From NCBI GenBank assembly GCA_964016885.1, contig CAXHJY010000724.1:1-64000 (forward strand): DNA of 64,000 nt, read 5' to 3'. Of the stretch, positions 13,167 to 26,794 are shown one piece after another. Under the pieces are notes generated by a model. It searched no databases. It was not told where the DNA came from and saw nothing but the letters and a program-made list of their open reading frames with translations. Every line of letters begins with the position of its first letter. Position 1 is the first letter of the stretch. The position numbers were made by a program, and so were the translations under genes. This stretch comes from Eledone cirrhosa (Eukaryota).

Positions 13167-14442
13167 CAGAGCTGGATATGCGTATATCGATGGAAAACAA
13201 TGCGAGCTACTAATAAAATACAAAAAATCAAATGAGAATAATTTGTCTATGTGTTACTCTGGCATACAATAGGTCTTTTCTTGGTTTTTAAAAGTTCATT
13301 ATTTTCTAAAACAGAAGTCAGAGACAGCCATAGTTACGAAACACTCTCTAGTATCGAGACTCCTTTTCAAATAGAAGCATTAATGAAAGTATACATTTTA
13401 GATTTTGAGTACACCTGTAAAGAGATAATGAACATATAAAAATATATATGTGTTAGATCTGGTATGTTTCCGTGAAGAGTATACACCTTTGAACTTCATC
13501 CATACGAATGAAGTAAATAGAAAATTGGATGAAATAAAATCTTGTCAGTTTAATTGCTTTTAGTGTGTAAGGTATTTAATTAGTTTTCATGCTGTGCATT
13601 AGAATCAAATTAGAATCAAATCTGGACACTGAATTAATTATTATCATTGTTCTCAATTAGATTAGGAAACATCCAGTTGTAATAGCTGGATATTTCACAG
13701 TAGACATTGATTTTTCTATTCTGCACTCGCTGCAGGTCATACGGATTAGAGCCAGTTAGCAGGAATAAACTGAAATATTATCGAAATAACCAAGCTGTTT
13801 CTCTTCCTATATTAATGTACATCACAGGCATTAATACCCTTCATTGAAACATTACATTGATTCGGTTAAAATGTTTGAATACTAAAGGAATTCTCAAGTT
13901 CCTATTTTATTTGGATATGTTTGTTAACGTCTGTTATAATATTTCAAGTAATATTTTACATGTGGCTGTTGCATGTTCTGTTTAACAAGCTGTTACTGCT
14001 ATACTTGTTCTCAAATCCCATAATAATCACTAACAAATTATTAGTACCTTCCTTCGGGAAATAGTCACTATCTTACCAGTGAAAAAATATTAATCTAACA
14101 GTGTTAGGGTCAACAATTAAAATGAACAGATATGAAACGAAAAATGCATAGGATCATTTTTTGGCGATCACATGCGTGGTGACAATTCAGTGATTTACTT
14201 GAAAATTAATAAATAAAGATGGTATCATTTTGCATGCCTAGGACAGTAACTCCTTGCAGAATCAAAGAAGCGCCGTAGTGGAATGAAGCGTGTCTTATTC
14301 AATTTGTAACCATGGTTAAGTCCCTCACTTCGCAATGTTCAACATATTACTTTAAGAGAAGGAATGATAATGAGGAACAGTGAGAAAGCGGTACAGAGGA
14401 AAAATCGATCTCAGTGCAGGATTAGTAATTTTTCAATTGATA

Positions 14443-14545
<103 letters not shown>

Positions 14546-14789
14546 GGACAGAGAGAGAAAATGATCGACTCAATCCCAGACCTCATTCCCTTGCCGAGGG
14601 CGGGGTTTTTTTTTAACAAAGAAAACAATGTTTCCCTGGTGTTTCCATTGCTGGTACTATCTATTGGTCGCAACTCCTGACAGAAAGATCAATGGGAAAT
14701 AAAGTGACTTCGTCAAGCACGTAACGCATCATGCCTTCCAGGATTCGAACTCGCAACGTCCCTATTAAGAACTCACTATATATATATAT

Positions 14790-15628
14790 AATGGCATAGG
14801 TATGTGTCGTTGAAGGGGCAGTTGGTGTGTGTGTCTCACACACCACACATTTCCTGGAAGTACTCAAACTGAACGGATAACGACATCCACCAAAAACCGT
14901 GCCAGAAAGAACAGAGGACACCACACCCGAGGCCCGAACACTTGCTTCCTGAAGCTTCCACACTTCAGTGACGAAACAGCAACAGCCATTCGCAGAACTA
15001 TCAGACGAGAGGGACTAGATACCCAACTGGCCCACTCAGGACATTTTCTACGCGGACAGATAACGAAGAGACACTCCACCAGACATGGCACCGCTGCAGG
15101 CTAGCCAACTTCCCCATCAACGACACAGACCTATGCCACCAGGCTTACGTCGTATACAGACTAGAGTGCGACAAATGCAGCAACTTCTACGTAGGTAGCA
15201 CCACCAGACCACTCCACATAAAAATAAAAGAACACCTCAATACTAACGCTTCCTCATTTAAGAAACACCGAGTGAAATGCAAAAACACCGACACGACCAT
15301 AATAGTTAGGATAGAACCTAAGGAGAGAAACCTCGGCAATCTTAGAATAAAGGAAGCACTAAGTATAGACAAAATGCAAACCACCAATCAATAATAGACT
15401 AGAACTCAACACCCAATTTATAACTTGATAGAGCATCTATCCCCATACTTACAACCACACACACGCACACCCACACGCACGCGCACACACACACACCCAC
15501 GCGCGCTTACATCTCCACGTATTCTCTCTCACACACACACATACACACACAAAGTCCAGTTCTAACACGAGAGAACATCTATCCCCCACATTTACGTAGA
15601 TACATATCTTCTCACACTCACACACACA

Positions 15629-15699
<71 letters not shown>

Positions 15700-16064
15700 A
15701 CACATTCACGTATTCTACCACACAATTAAACAGGCATGTACAAAACCCCTTTTAAAGGGAGACTACTCTTTATCCACCTAGCCTTAACTCTTTGACATTA
15801 GAGATAGAACATATACTCCATTTCCTGTTAGCATGACTTGGCAAGCTATTTAGAACACTGGTTTAACCGCTTTACTTCCCTCCTCCGAAGAAGAGATATT
15901 ATCTCGAAAATTAAGGACATTTAAATAAATCTAAGGTAAAAGACTAATTGTCAACAATATCTTTTGCATTTATTATTCTATGTCCATACCTGCATTGTTT
16001 TGGCTTTACACATTCAAACGTTTATACCTCATTACTCAATGCTTCAAGTGAACTATAACTTCCT

Positions 16065-16066
<2 letters not shown>
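14790..16066 (+). mobile_element. 5'-truncated Penelope-like element: RT C-terminus, GIY-YIG endonuclease and 3' pLTR, embedded in (TA)n
   Basis: FLKLPHFSDE...QLAHSG, then (frameshifted) VVYRLECDKCSNFYVGSTTRPLHIKIKEH...LRIKEALSI. (CA)n-rich 3' region and a hammerhead at 15881. Confidence 0.85.
15881..15917 (+). ncRNA. Minimal type-I hammerhead ribozyme motif (U4C)
   Basis: TCCT CCGAAGA A GAGATA-T-TATCTC GAA AATT A AGGA: stem I 4 bp, stem II hairpin, palindromic AATT stem III, UUA cleavage triplet. Confidence 0.72.
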
Positions 16067-16109
<43 letters not shown>

Positions 16110-16112
<3 letters not shown>

Positions 16113-16540
16113 TAAAATAACAGATTAAAGTTAATGCAAAGAATCGTTGCTTTCACCTTTAACGGGTTAACGGGATCTTCTGTAACTAACAAAGTCAATC
16201 TGTGAACGCAGAAGTGAATATTTCAAAAAACGTTGCAACCGGAGGTAGTCAGGAAGACGATACTTTGGTTCGTGGAAACATTCCCTGGCAAAGAACGGGA
16301 AAAAAGGAATATAATACGTCATTATTTGGAGCGGTGAAGAACAATTGCACGCAATAACAAAACTACGTAAATGGTATAACTGAAGTCGTAGACTAAAATT
16401 CTAACTATGAAACCGAATGATTCTCGGCTTCAGAGTTAAGAATAAAGTAAATAAAATACAGAGGTAATTGAAATTAAATAAATACATACACGCATCCATA
16501 TACGCACATACACAAGCATACACGAAAACAAATATTTATA
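16110..16540 (-). mobile_element. Non-coding PLE terminus-like repeat (same family as 17630-18503)
   Basis: High similarity to 17640-18180; bounded by (TA)n; carries a hammerhead-like motif at 16129-16187. Confidence 0.7.
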
Positions 16541-16545
16541 TATAT

Positions 16546-16576
<31 letters not shown>

Positions 16577-16602
16577 ATTATTCTCATAAACAAAATATAT
16601 AC

Positions 16603-16659
16603 TTCATTATACATATTTCAAAGGTACTATGGTGTTTAAGTACGTTTTCATCAGATAAA
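16603..16659 (-). ncRNA. Type-I hammerhead ribozyme motif (canonical core), mirror copy
   Basis: Minus strand: TTTAT CTGATGA AAAC GTACT..AGTAC CTTT GAAA TATGTAT A ATGAA. Confidence 0.75.
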
Positions 16660-16727
16660 ATATATGATTTGATGTGTGACATACCACTACAGTTTTAATT
16701 ATTCAATTCCAGTAATTTATCATATAT

Positions 16728-16784
16728 TGTATCTGATGAAAACGTACTTAAACGTCATAGTACCTTTGAAATATGTATAATAAA
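16728..16784 (+). ncRNA. Type-I hammerhead ribozyme motif (canonical core)
   Basis: TGTAT CTGATGA (16733) AAAC GTACT-10nt-AGTAC CTTT GAAA (16768) TATGTAT A ATAAA. Confidence 0.75.
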
Positions 16785-17649
16785 TTATATATTGTGATTA
16801 TGAGAATATATTTCATTTGTTAACATTTTGAATATTATTAATAACTCCAGGAAAATCACAGTTGAGTGCTTCTAATCTATTGAAATATTGTATTCGTTGA
16901 GTAATCAACGAGCCATTCTAATCTTTGGAAATATTAATATATATATATATATAACGAAGAATTAGAAATAAAACCCAGGACTATCCATCAATAGTGATCT
17001 TCTAGCCATCATAGGTATTTCTTCACATTACAGACCATATACCTCCGACTATGGCAATACAATATACATATATATAAACGCTAGAAGTTAGAACGCCAGA
17101 ACAATGATCTGACTTTATAACTTCTAACGTTTATACCTCACTATACAATGCTTCATGTAAACTACCAATTCCTTCATATATATATACATATATATGTGTG
17201 TGTCTGTGTAGGTGTATTTATGTATATTGATGTAATCGTGAAAAACTTTATTCACGGTACAATGAAACTCTTTTACATATTCAACATCACCGGGCAGTAC
17301 TCGCGCACGTACACACAAACAAGCAAACTCACACACGCAAACACCCACGTACGCACACGCACCCACCCACCCACATACACGCACACACACACATATAAAT
17401 ATATATATATGTTTCATTAATGTTAGGCTGTTTACTAATGGGTTCAGCCTGGTAGTATAGGGCTCTCGTTGAATTAACATTTCAGTCTGGCCTTCTGTTG
17501 TTGTTGCTTTAATATATATATATATATATATATGTATATAGTAATAATAAACATTTGAAGACTAAAATTCAAAGATGGCTCGATAAGGATTAATATATAT
17601 CAAATATATAAGAACCGTAGAGCAAATATTTATTTATCTAACAGATTAA

Positions 17650-17700
17650 AGATTAAGCAAAGAATCGCTGCTTTCACCCTTAACGGGATCTTCTGAAACT
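17650..17700 (-). ncRNA. Hammerhead-like motif (U4A), mirror copy
   Basis: Reverse complement of 18435-18485 with one stem I mismatch. Confidence 0.55.
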
Positions 17701-18434
17701 AACGAAATCAATCTGCGAACGCAGAAGTGAATATTTCAAAAAACATTGCAACCGGAGGAAGACAGGAAGACGATACTTTGGTTCGTGGAAACGTTCCTTG
17801 GCAAAGAACCGGAAAAAACGAATATAATACGTCATTATGTGGAGCGGTGAATAACAATTACACACAAAGACAAAACAACGTTTATGGTATAAAAGAAGTC
17901 GTAGACTAATATTCTCTTAGGTGGTTTATAGAGACTTCTCTAGCAATGAACGGAAAAAACGAAGATAATACGTCATATGTGGAGCGGTGAAGAACAATTG
18001 CACGCCAAGACAAAACCACGTAAATGGTATAACTGAAGTCGTAGACTAAAATTCTAACTAGGAAATCGAATGGATCTCGGCTTCAGAGTTAAGAATAAAG
18101 TAAATTAAATACCGTGGTAACAGAAATTAAATAAATACATACACGCAACCATATACGTACATACACAAGCATACGCAAAAACACTCGCCATAGGTATACA
18201 GATACACGAACATATAAATATATGTGTGTGCGTGTATACAAATAATTAAATAAACGTATATAAATAAATAAATACGTATATAACAACCGCTCCACATAAT
18301 GACGTATTATATTCGTTTTTTCCCGTTCTTTGCCAAGGAACGTTTCCACGAACCAAAGTATTGCCTTCCTGTCTTCCTCCGGTTGCAACGTTTTTTTTAA
18401 ATATTCAATTCTGCGTTCACAGATTGACTTTGTT

Positions 18435-18485
18435 AGTTTCAGAAGATCCCGTTAAGGGTGAAAGCAGCGATTCTTTGCTTAAACT
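18435..18485 (+). ncRNA. Type-I hammerhead-like motif with U4A core and a full stem III
   Basis: AGTTT CAGAAGA T CCC-GTTAA-GGG T GAA AGCAG-CGATTCT-TTGCT T AAACT. Confidence 0.62.
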
Positions 18486-18496
18486 TTAATCTATTA

Positions 18497-18946
<450 letters not shown>

Positions 18947-19631
18947 AGTGTATGTATGTATTTATATATATACACGGAAGTTTGGGTGTGTATACATGTG
19001 TATATATATATATAGATGTTTATGAGTCTTTATATAAATGTTCTCGAATAATTATGAATGCAGGCGATAAGCAAGTTAAGCATACATAGGTATCCCCAAA
19101 CACATGTGCATTCGTAGAAACAAACAAAAATACATACTTACTATACTTACTATACTTACTATACATACGTACATAGATACATAAATAAAAACACACATAC
19201 ATATATACATACGAATATACATACATTCCTACATACATAATCTCATCAGTATCCATTTCATTAGAAGCAACATTTAAATAAGTAATGGTATAGGAAACAA
19301 AAAAAAAAATTGCTTGAATGACATAAAATGAAGTTATTGAAAAAAAATACGAGATTATTCATGTAGAACCTAAATATGTCAGGGAACTTACATCAAAGCT
19401 GCAGCATTTATATAGTGCATAGTTAAATGTATTTTATTTGATATGGCTTATTAGATTTCTTGGGTTAAACTGTAGTAAGTGGGTCGATGTATCCTTTTAA
19501 GCTTGTATATTGATGAATGACACAGAACTTAAGAGCTGCGATAAGAAATTAATTTTGCATGCTCATATAACCGAAAATCAATAATTAAAACACACACACA
19601 TATATACACATATATATACACAGGCACACAT

Positions 19632-19664
<33 letters not shown>

Positions 19665-19712
19665 TACACCCACCCACAAACACACACATACACACACACA
19701 AATATATATGTG

Positions 19713-19778
<66 letters not shown>

Positions 19779-21529
19779 TAAAAGGAAAAATAAAATAAAT
19801 TTGCAGTGATTTGTTATCACCGATGTGGATGGATATCCCTTCATTAAATATATATATAAAGTAATTATATGAAGAAGTTCTCGCTACTTTAAGAATCCTT
19901 TAAATATAATCGAATCAAGAGGTACATTGGAACGAGTTTCTATCAATAATTTAACGTGAAATATCAAATTAGTAAATATACATATAGTTCTTTCTTGCCA
20001 GTCTTATCTCTAATAATTCTCGATGTAACGTTTCATTGGTCAATTTTTTTTATTTTTATTTTCGTTTCATTTTTCCTTCTACTCACAACCTTTCACAGTT
20101 GGTTAGAGAGGGCTATATTTCTTAGAAATAAACTTGTTTCTGATACTATCTCCTACATATGGCAATGCACAAGCTAAATTGAATTATACTTACTACAATA
20201 TATATCATAGTTTTCTAAACATCCTCACCTATATGACATGATTAACATGTGCTTGGTTTAATGTGATCGATCTTCAGTACTGCTAGCTAATCTTCATTTA
20301 TTGATGAGAATGCTTTCTAGAAATATATTCTTTTCTTCTTCATTTTCACTTGCTTCATATGTTGTATTGGGTGTAAATATTGTGGTTACTGAGGTCAGGG
20401 TTGTTGGACACGCTTTATCCCTCGACCATCCTTAACATGTATTGAACAGCAGCCTCGAACTTTAATGTGAAGAATGGCGAATTGAAAATCCTGGATAGGG
20501 CCTCGTTTCAAGGTGCTATCAGCCAGATTTTCCTGAGGCCGGGATTCGTGTAAGCCGTATAAGCATTGCCCTGTCGTAATCACTGAGGTCACTATCCATT
20601 TCCTAAAGGGAGTCACTTCATAACCCTGTATATAGGCCACTCCAACGTACAATGAGAAAGAACAACCTATCTGGGACTCTTGTAGACTAGAGTCCTCCCC
20701 TACCTATTAATGACTGATGCCATTACCCGCTGATCAAAGGTGTCTATAAATCTGGATACGAATACAGACCCAATTCTATGTACAGTCAGCCAGAACCTAC
20801 TGAAAGGGGGAATCGCAAAAGCAGGATCGTAAAGGCTTGTTGCAATGAATGGTATCCCTAGCCAATATTGCAGCATTTTAAATAAAAAACTCTATTATCC
20901 TTTTATCGAAGACATAACTCCCAGAAAAGGAGAATGTAGCAACTGTATCTAGGAGAACGAGGCACGGTTAGAATATATCCCTCAAGTGACCTATTCTTGC
21001 ATTAGATTTACATTTATTCATGTTATGCATTATTTCATTTGCCCTAAGTAAACAACTGTGAAAATACAAATGTACTTTTGGAAGCTAGATTAAATAATCC
21101 TTTAAATTAAATTTTTACGTTCAAACATCTACATTTGGCTACCACCATCCTACTCCCTAATAAATTCTGCCTTCAGTATTCCATATATATTAAAAGTGTA
21201 TCAATTAATTAATTTATTCATTTATTTAATTCAATTAAACTGCACTCTCGTAATGTCAACACAGGGCAGATTGAAAGAGCTATGCAATACACTTCATATA
21301 TTATTTTATAAAATCCATGAATTTAAATAACATATTTATGGTAGGTGGGCTCACGAGAATAAATTGTAGCACTAACCGCGTGGGGGTCTATGTTTCCTGA
21401 GCTTGTTATTTGAATTGGAGTTGCTCTGTTTGCCAGGAGCTGATCTAATGCATATTATCAACAATGGAAAATATGACGCCAGGCTTCTTTCATTTTTAAA
21501 TGCCTTATAATATCTGATACTACGCGCAA

Positions 21530-21680
21530 ATTGGCAGAGGTATTAGAATGTCAGTAAGAATGTTTTGCAGTATTCGTTCAAACCCTCTGCTCTCTGAGAT
21601 TGAATCCCGCCGTAGTCAGTTTTGCCTCTTATTATTTCGCTGTCGATAACAAGAGAATATGTCTATTAATGGGGTACACG
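21530..21680 (+). mobile_element. Diverged tRNA-derived SINE
   Basis: TTGGCAGA..TTAGA..; TGAATCCCGCCG..TTTGCCT..GTCGATAA, similar to the other SINE copies. Confidence 0.6.
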
Positions 21681-23291
21681 TTTTCCTTTTCATCCGTTTA
21701 TAACGTTCAATATATATCTTTCTCACTCACTATCATTCTATAGGAAAACAATCTGCCATTAGCAGACCTAGAGATTTTATGGGCTCCATCAAGTTTAATA
21801 AATGCAGGTGAAATGATGTATGAATAGATGTCGCCCGTACGACTCTTTATCAGTAGTTTGGGGTCCATAATACATTCACACATCACTCAGATTGGTAATG
21901 TATGCAATGGAGCACATAATATTACAATTTCTCTGAATAGTCTCCACAAAATCATAAAATCGAATTAACATTCTCTGGCTGCAACATTGACTCTACATAA
22001 CACCATGCATTTATTACAATGCAAAACACGTTGCATACACTTCTGCTCTCACCGACTTCTCTAACCTCGTCTGAGAATGCACGTTCCAGAGGACTTGACT
22101 ATAGTTTTACAATGGATTTCTACAGGATACGCCAAATATGGCTAACGGTACTGAAGTATTTCATGATTTATTCATAGGTAAATGTAAACCACAAGAAATT
22201 CAAAATAGAATTCATTTTATCGACCGTAATCTAATATGTGTACATATTTGATAACGTTAATCATAGAAAAATTGTCTACCTTGAGAGATCTTGAACACTG
22301 CATTATTAATATTCCAGCCATTTTTACGTTCGTTTCTGAATTATATTTGTGGACAATCCACCGATGAAGGAGGTTTGATTTACATTTGTCTGAGATGTGA
22401 ATTCTAGCTATAGGAAAATTATACGATCTTGTGGTGGTTTCGACCATTTGTATTCTAACTGTTGAAACAGTCAAACAGACGGCTTATTAAATTAAAGTTC
22501 ATTTGACTGAGCACGCAACACTCACGTGTATGTTTCACGTAATTTCTAGGAAGATTTACTGTGACACTCTGGGACAAGTCTGGGCCATTAGGTTAGGTGA
22601 AATCTTCATTCAATGGATTTGCAAACCGTTTCCATCTGCCCATTTCAACTCACTATGCATGGGTACAGCCGTGGTTATGGTAAATGTCACTTGACCTATA
22701 ATCCAAGTAATGGGAATCCGGGTTTTATGATTACGAAATGGACTGTTTAACTATTCAGCCATGCTGTGTCATAATTTGAAAATCCTAATTCTTGAAATTG
22801 CAGGCTATATGAGATATTCCACGAGACCTCGGATACTTTCAGAGTGTATAATTAGCCGCTAACACTAGGACAAGGCCACACTGTGCTGCATATTGTCAAT
22901 AAATCCGAATTAGTCATGACTATACAAGGCGTTGTTAAATATTTCTACTGCAGTATCTATTCACTGTGAATTAATGCTCTGAACGAAGTTAAGTGATGTA
23001 CCTTCGTAAACAATACATTATATGATGTAATTATTACTATGTAACTCGCAATATAATTTCATTTTTTCATTGTTTCGTTTTGTTATGACAACTAAATCAA
23101 AATATTTTCTTAAAATCATTTTCACTTAAAAATAATGTTTAAATAGTTAAAATATACACAGACATGTATATAATGTGAACTGAAACTGGAAGGCCCATAT
23201 ATATACTATGTGTTTGTGTGTGTATTTATATATATGTGGGTGTCTGTAATCTATATACACTGGTCTTAGACACACAGACACACAGACACAC

Positions 23292-23337
<46 letters not shown>

Positions 23338-24696
23338 CCACCAGCTCTCTTCCATTCTCCTTCTCTGTCACCTCTGCCAATCTCTATGTCTCTCTTTCAA
23401 TCTACTCTGTCACAACCACTACCTCTCTATCGTGTTTCCTTTGTTTATGAAGGTACCCGAAAAAAAAACATATTTCCTGAACTCGTGGTCTGATTTACGT
23501 GAAACATATTTTATTCCATTTGTATTCTCATTTCAGGGGCAACTTCATTTCAATGTATTTTCAGATTATGGCTGTATTACATTACATGCAAGCAAGCAAG
23601 CAATCACAGGCGTTTAGTAATATATAGATAACATAGTATTTAATATTGAAAAAGTGAACTAATATTTCATTATATATTATACATTTTAAAATCTCTGCCT
23701 GGTGGTAGCACAACATTTATAACTTCGTCTGGCTGCAAGCCACAGGAAAGTCGCCAGCCTTTGTCGGTAAAAGGATGTCTATTTGAAATATAACAAAAAC
23801 ATTGTATTTTCTTATCTTAAGAAAAGATAATAACAGAAATAATGCAATAATGTAATAAATATGTCAAATGCAAACGATTTTATTACTCTTAATTAAAGCC
23901 TTATCTTTTAACAATTTGTCGTCAAACATCCAACTATTTGAATAATCAGGAGACTGACTGTATAACAACTAAAGTTTTCAGAAATAAAAACATCTCTTTC
24001 CATCACCAACTCATACGGATTTTCATTACTTCAATTAACCCGATTTTTTTTTCTGTGATAATTTAAATTTTATTTCTTCTGTTTCCCTTTGTCGCCCATA
24101 TTATGTATATTCCCCTCGGCATCCCTATCACACTTATTTCTCTCTATTACATATTTTAACTATTAAAAAATACAAGAAGCTGTCTAAACATTCCTGAAGT
24201 GGAAATGAAAATATTTCCACTGAATAAATTTATTCCTCAATGAAGGAAAAATAAAATTAAATGAATAAAAGAAATCATTCTTATGTAAAATTTCAATTTG
24301 CTTCAGGAGAGACAATATTATACTTTTTAGATTTATCGTTTATATATTATTTATATTTTGTGCTATACAAATATATATGTGTACGGCGCGTGGGTTGTTG
24401 GTTAACGAGTTGTGGAAATGATCAGAAAATATTGAGTTTGATGATACGAACCGACGGCAGGTTTTCACGGCAAAGAATACAGTTTATTTCAAGTCACTCT
24501 GTTGGAAGAAAAAAATGAGACATCATACCTGGTTGCATCGGCCTTTGCCTTTCTTGTGAAGAACGATGGCGTAAAGATAAGGGAGATGCTGGTCTTGTAC
24601 AACACAACACGCCCAGGCATATGCCTTGATGTGCAACATTACAAGTGTAACCAAAACATCACCGTGGATGAAAGATAATTACAATCAAATGGACAT

Positions 24697-24738
<42 letters not shown>

Positions 24739-24869
24739 AAACACACACACACACACACATGCACACACACACACACACACTCATATACATACAGAGATGA
24801 TGGCAGCGGCTCCATTTCGAGTAATGCCATCGCCTGATACATAAGCATGAGCTTCACAGGCGTGGCTTT

Positions 24870-25993
24870 TTAGGGAGGTCTTTGAAAAGGGTATGTATTG
24901 CTAATAATTGTTTTTATGGAGGTACCTGGTCTTTCTACTATCTTAATATTAAGTTTATGTTTATCTAGGACCCTTCGATATGTGTAAGCTAATTCTACTC
25001 CAGGGGTCGTATTGATGGACATTACACTCTGGTATTTATTGCTATTATACCATGAGTTTATTCTATTAAACTTATTCCTAGTTCTTTCTATTCTATTCCA
25101 AAATTTTGTCCAAAATTTTGGAATAGAATAGAAAACACTTATTAGCAATACATACCCTTTTCAAAGACCTCCCTGTATAGATAAGAAATGCATAATCTGT
25201 AAACTAATCCCCCATATTAACTGTAAAACTAGAAATGTAGTATATAGCATAAGATGTACTGAAGGACAATGTAAATATAAGAATATAGTGTACAAAGATG
25301 ATACAGCTCGTAGTATAGGAGAACGGTTAAATGAACACTGGCGAGAACTTCAAGATAAAAACGAATCAATACTCCACCAACATGCTAAAATAGAACATAA
25401 GGGCAAACTAGAGAACATAGAAATAAAAATACAGTCTACACACAGAAAAGACGCAATGTTTAGACAAATCTCAGAGGCAATAAACATAAATGAACTCCAA
25501 CCAAAATTAAATAAAAAACATGAATGGAATAGCAACATCACAACTTACAATTAAGGACAAAATGAAAACACACACACACATTATACAAAATCCAAAAAGT
25601 AACTTGTAAATAAACAAATAAATAAACAAATAAAAACACACACATACACCCGGATGTAACACATGCGCAAACTAAGCGCTCAACACACACAAAAACAATA
25701 TGGTGTAGGACAGAACAAATGAGAGGCACAAAACAAAGAAAAGAATCCCCAGTAACTGAAGAGGTCACATAATGTGTGACGAAATAACTGACAATATATG
25801 AACAACCGTCCGGTTATGGAACAAACTGGAAATTTATAAATTCTTAAATTTATAAATTTAATTTATAATAAATTCGAGTGAAAGCAACTGGTGCGTGTAT
25901 TTCTTATTGTCAACATGACACTCCCAAAGCATAACAATATCGGTTTCAACACACGTTTTCAGATAAAGAATCTTCTTAAACAAATTCAGAAAC
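24870..25993 (+). mobile_element. 5'-truncated, 5'-inverted Penelope-like element (Naiad-like) with GIY-YIG domain and 3' pLTR
   Basis: Minus 24870-25110 encodes YQSVMSINTTPGVEL..IKIVERPGTSIKTIISNTYPFQRPP. Plus from about 25140 encodes ISNTYPFQRPPCIDKKCIIC..NVVYSIRC..TARSIGERLNEH..RQISEAINI..PKLN. Ends at (TA)n. Clade assignment is from recalled motif similarity. Confidence 0.83.
25749..25820 (+). ncRNA. Hammerhead core with clear stem II; stems I and III unresolved
   Basis: CTGAAGA (25756) G GTCACA-TAATG-TGTGAC GAAA (25781) in the PLE 3' region. Confidence 0.6.
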
Positions 25994-25994
25994 G

Positions 25995-26028
<34 letters not shown>

Positions 26029-26794
26029 TTATATGTATATATATTTACATTGAAACTGCTGTCACTACCACTGTTAGTATTAGGAATAAAACCACCGACG
26101 ATTTACCCCATTGTTCTTGAGCTACATGGTCTTTCTAATATTTTGAAAACATAGCATCATTCTATGTGAAATAGTTTCAATTGCATATAGGACGCTGTAA
26201 TGAAACTGTTAGAGTTCGGAACGTTGTATTTGTTCCCACACTAAGCTGTTTATCCACTGTTTAACGTGCAGTTTCCACTCTGACGTGCACATTTTATTTA
26301 CGGTATGCAATTTCTCTAAGTTCGAAAAGGTTTTCATTGCTGTCTTTCTAAGAATGTTTTGCGTTTATCTTTACCTCAAATAGTCGGTCGATTATGTTGC
26401 TTAGAACAGGGGACGAAACTATCGATGAGAATATTAGTCATTTGAAGAGAGGAATTCCAGGATTTTACATAAAATTTATGTGTGTATATAATTAAGTCTT
26501 AGCTTGAAATTACTAACAAATAAATCATTAATTATTAATACATTTTTCCTACGTGAAATTCTCGCTAAACAGGCTGAAATATAGCTGAAACCGGGAAAAG
26601 TAAACAGAAAGTAAAATACAAATAATTATGAAATTATTTGGCACATGCATACGGAAATCTTCTAACTAAAAGGTCTGTCATTGCATTTTCCAAACCCTAT
26701 TTTTCTCATAACATGTGATTTGTAAAGAATCCCCCAAATGTTTTACTTTTTCCACTATATATATTAATACATACATACAACTATATATATATAT

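Larger units (their letters stand above)
16576..16940. mobile_element. Short PLE terminus-like insert with head-to-head inverted arms (about 16578-16668 and 16719-16810)
   Basis: About 90-bp imperfect inverted repeat, each arm with a hammerhead; flanked by (TA)n. Confidence 0.75.
17630..18503. mobile_element. PLE terminus-like insert: minus-strand copy (17630-18180, with about 100-bp internal duplication) head-to-head with plus-strand copy (18285-18503)
   Basis: 18285-18500 is the reverse complement of about 17640-17850; 17810-17908 is repeated at 17950-18048; right end abuts (TA)n. Confidence 0.75.

Noticed and set aside
14735-14760. B-box-like GGATTCGAACTC suggesting a tRNA gene
   Set aside because: No cloverleaf; more likely a decayed SINE head
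25140-25554. Selenocysteine (in-frame TGA) recoding, as reported for some Naiad PLEs
   Set aside because: All visible cysteines in the linker and GIY-YIG region use TGT or TGC; no in-frame TGA and no SECIS recognised
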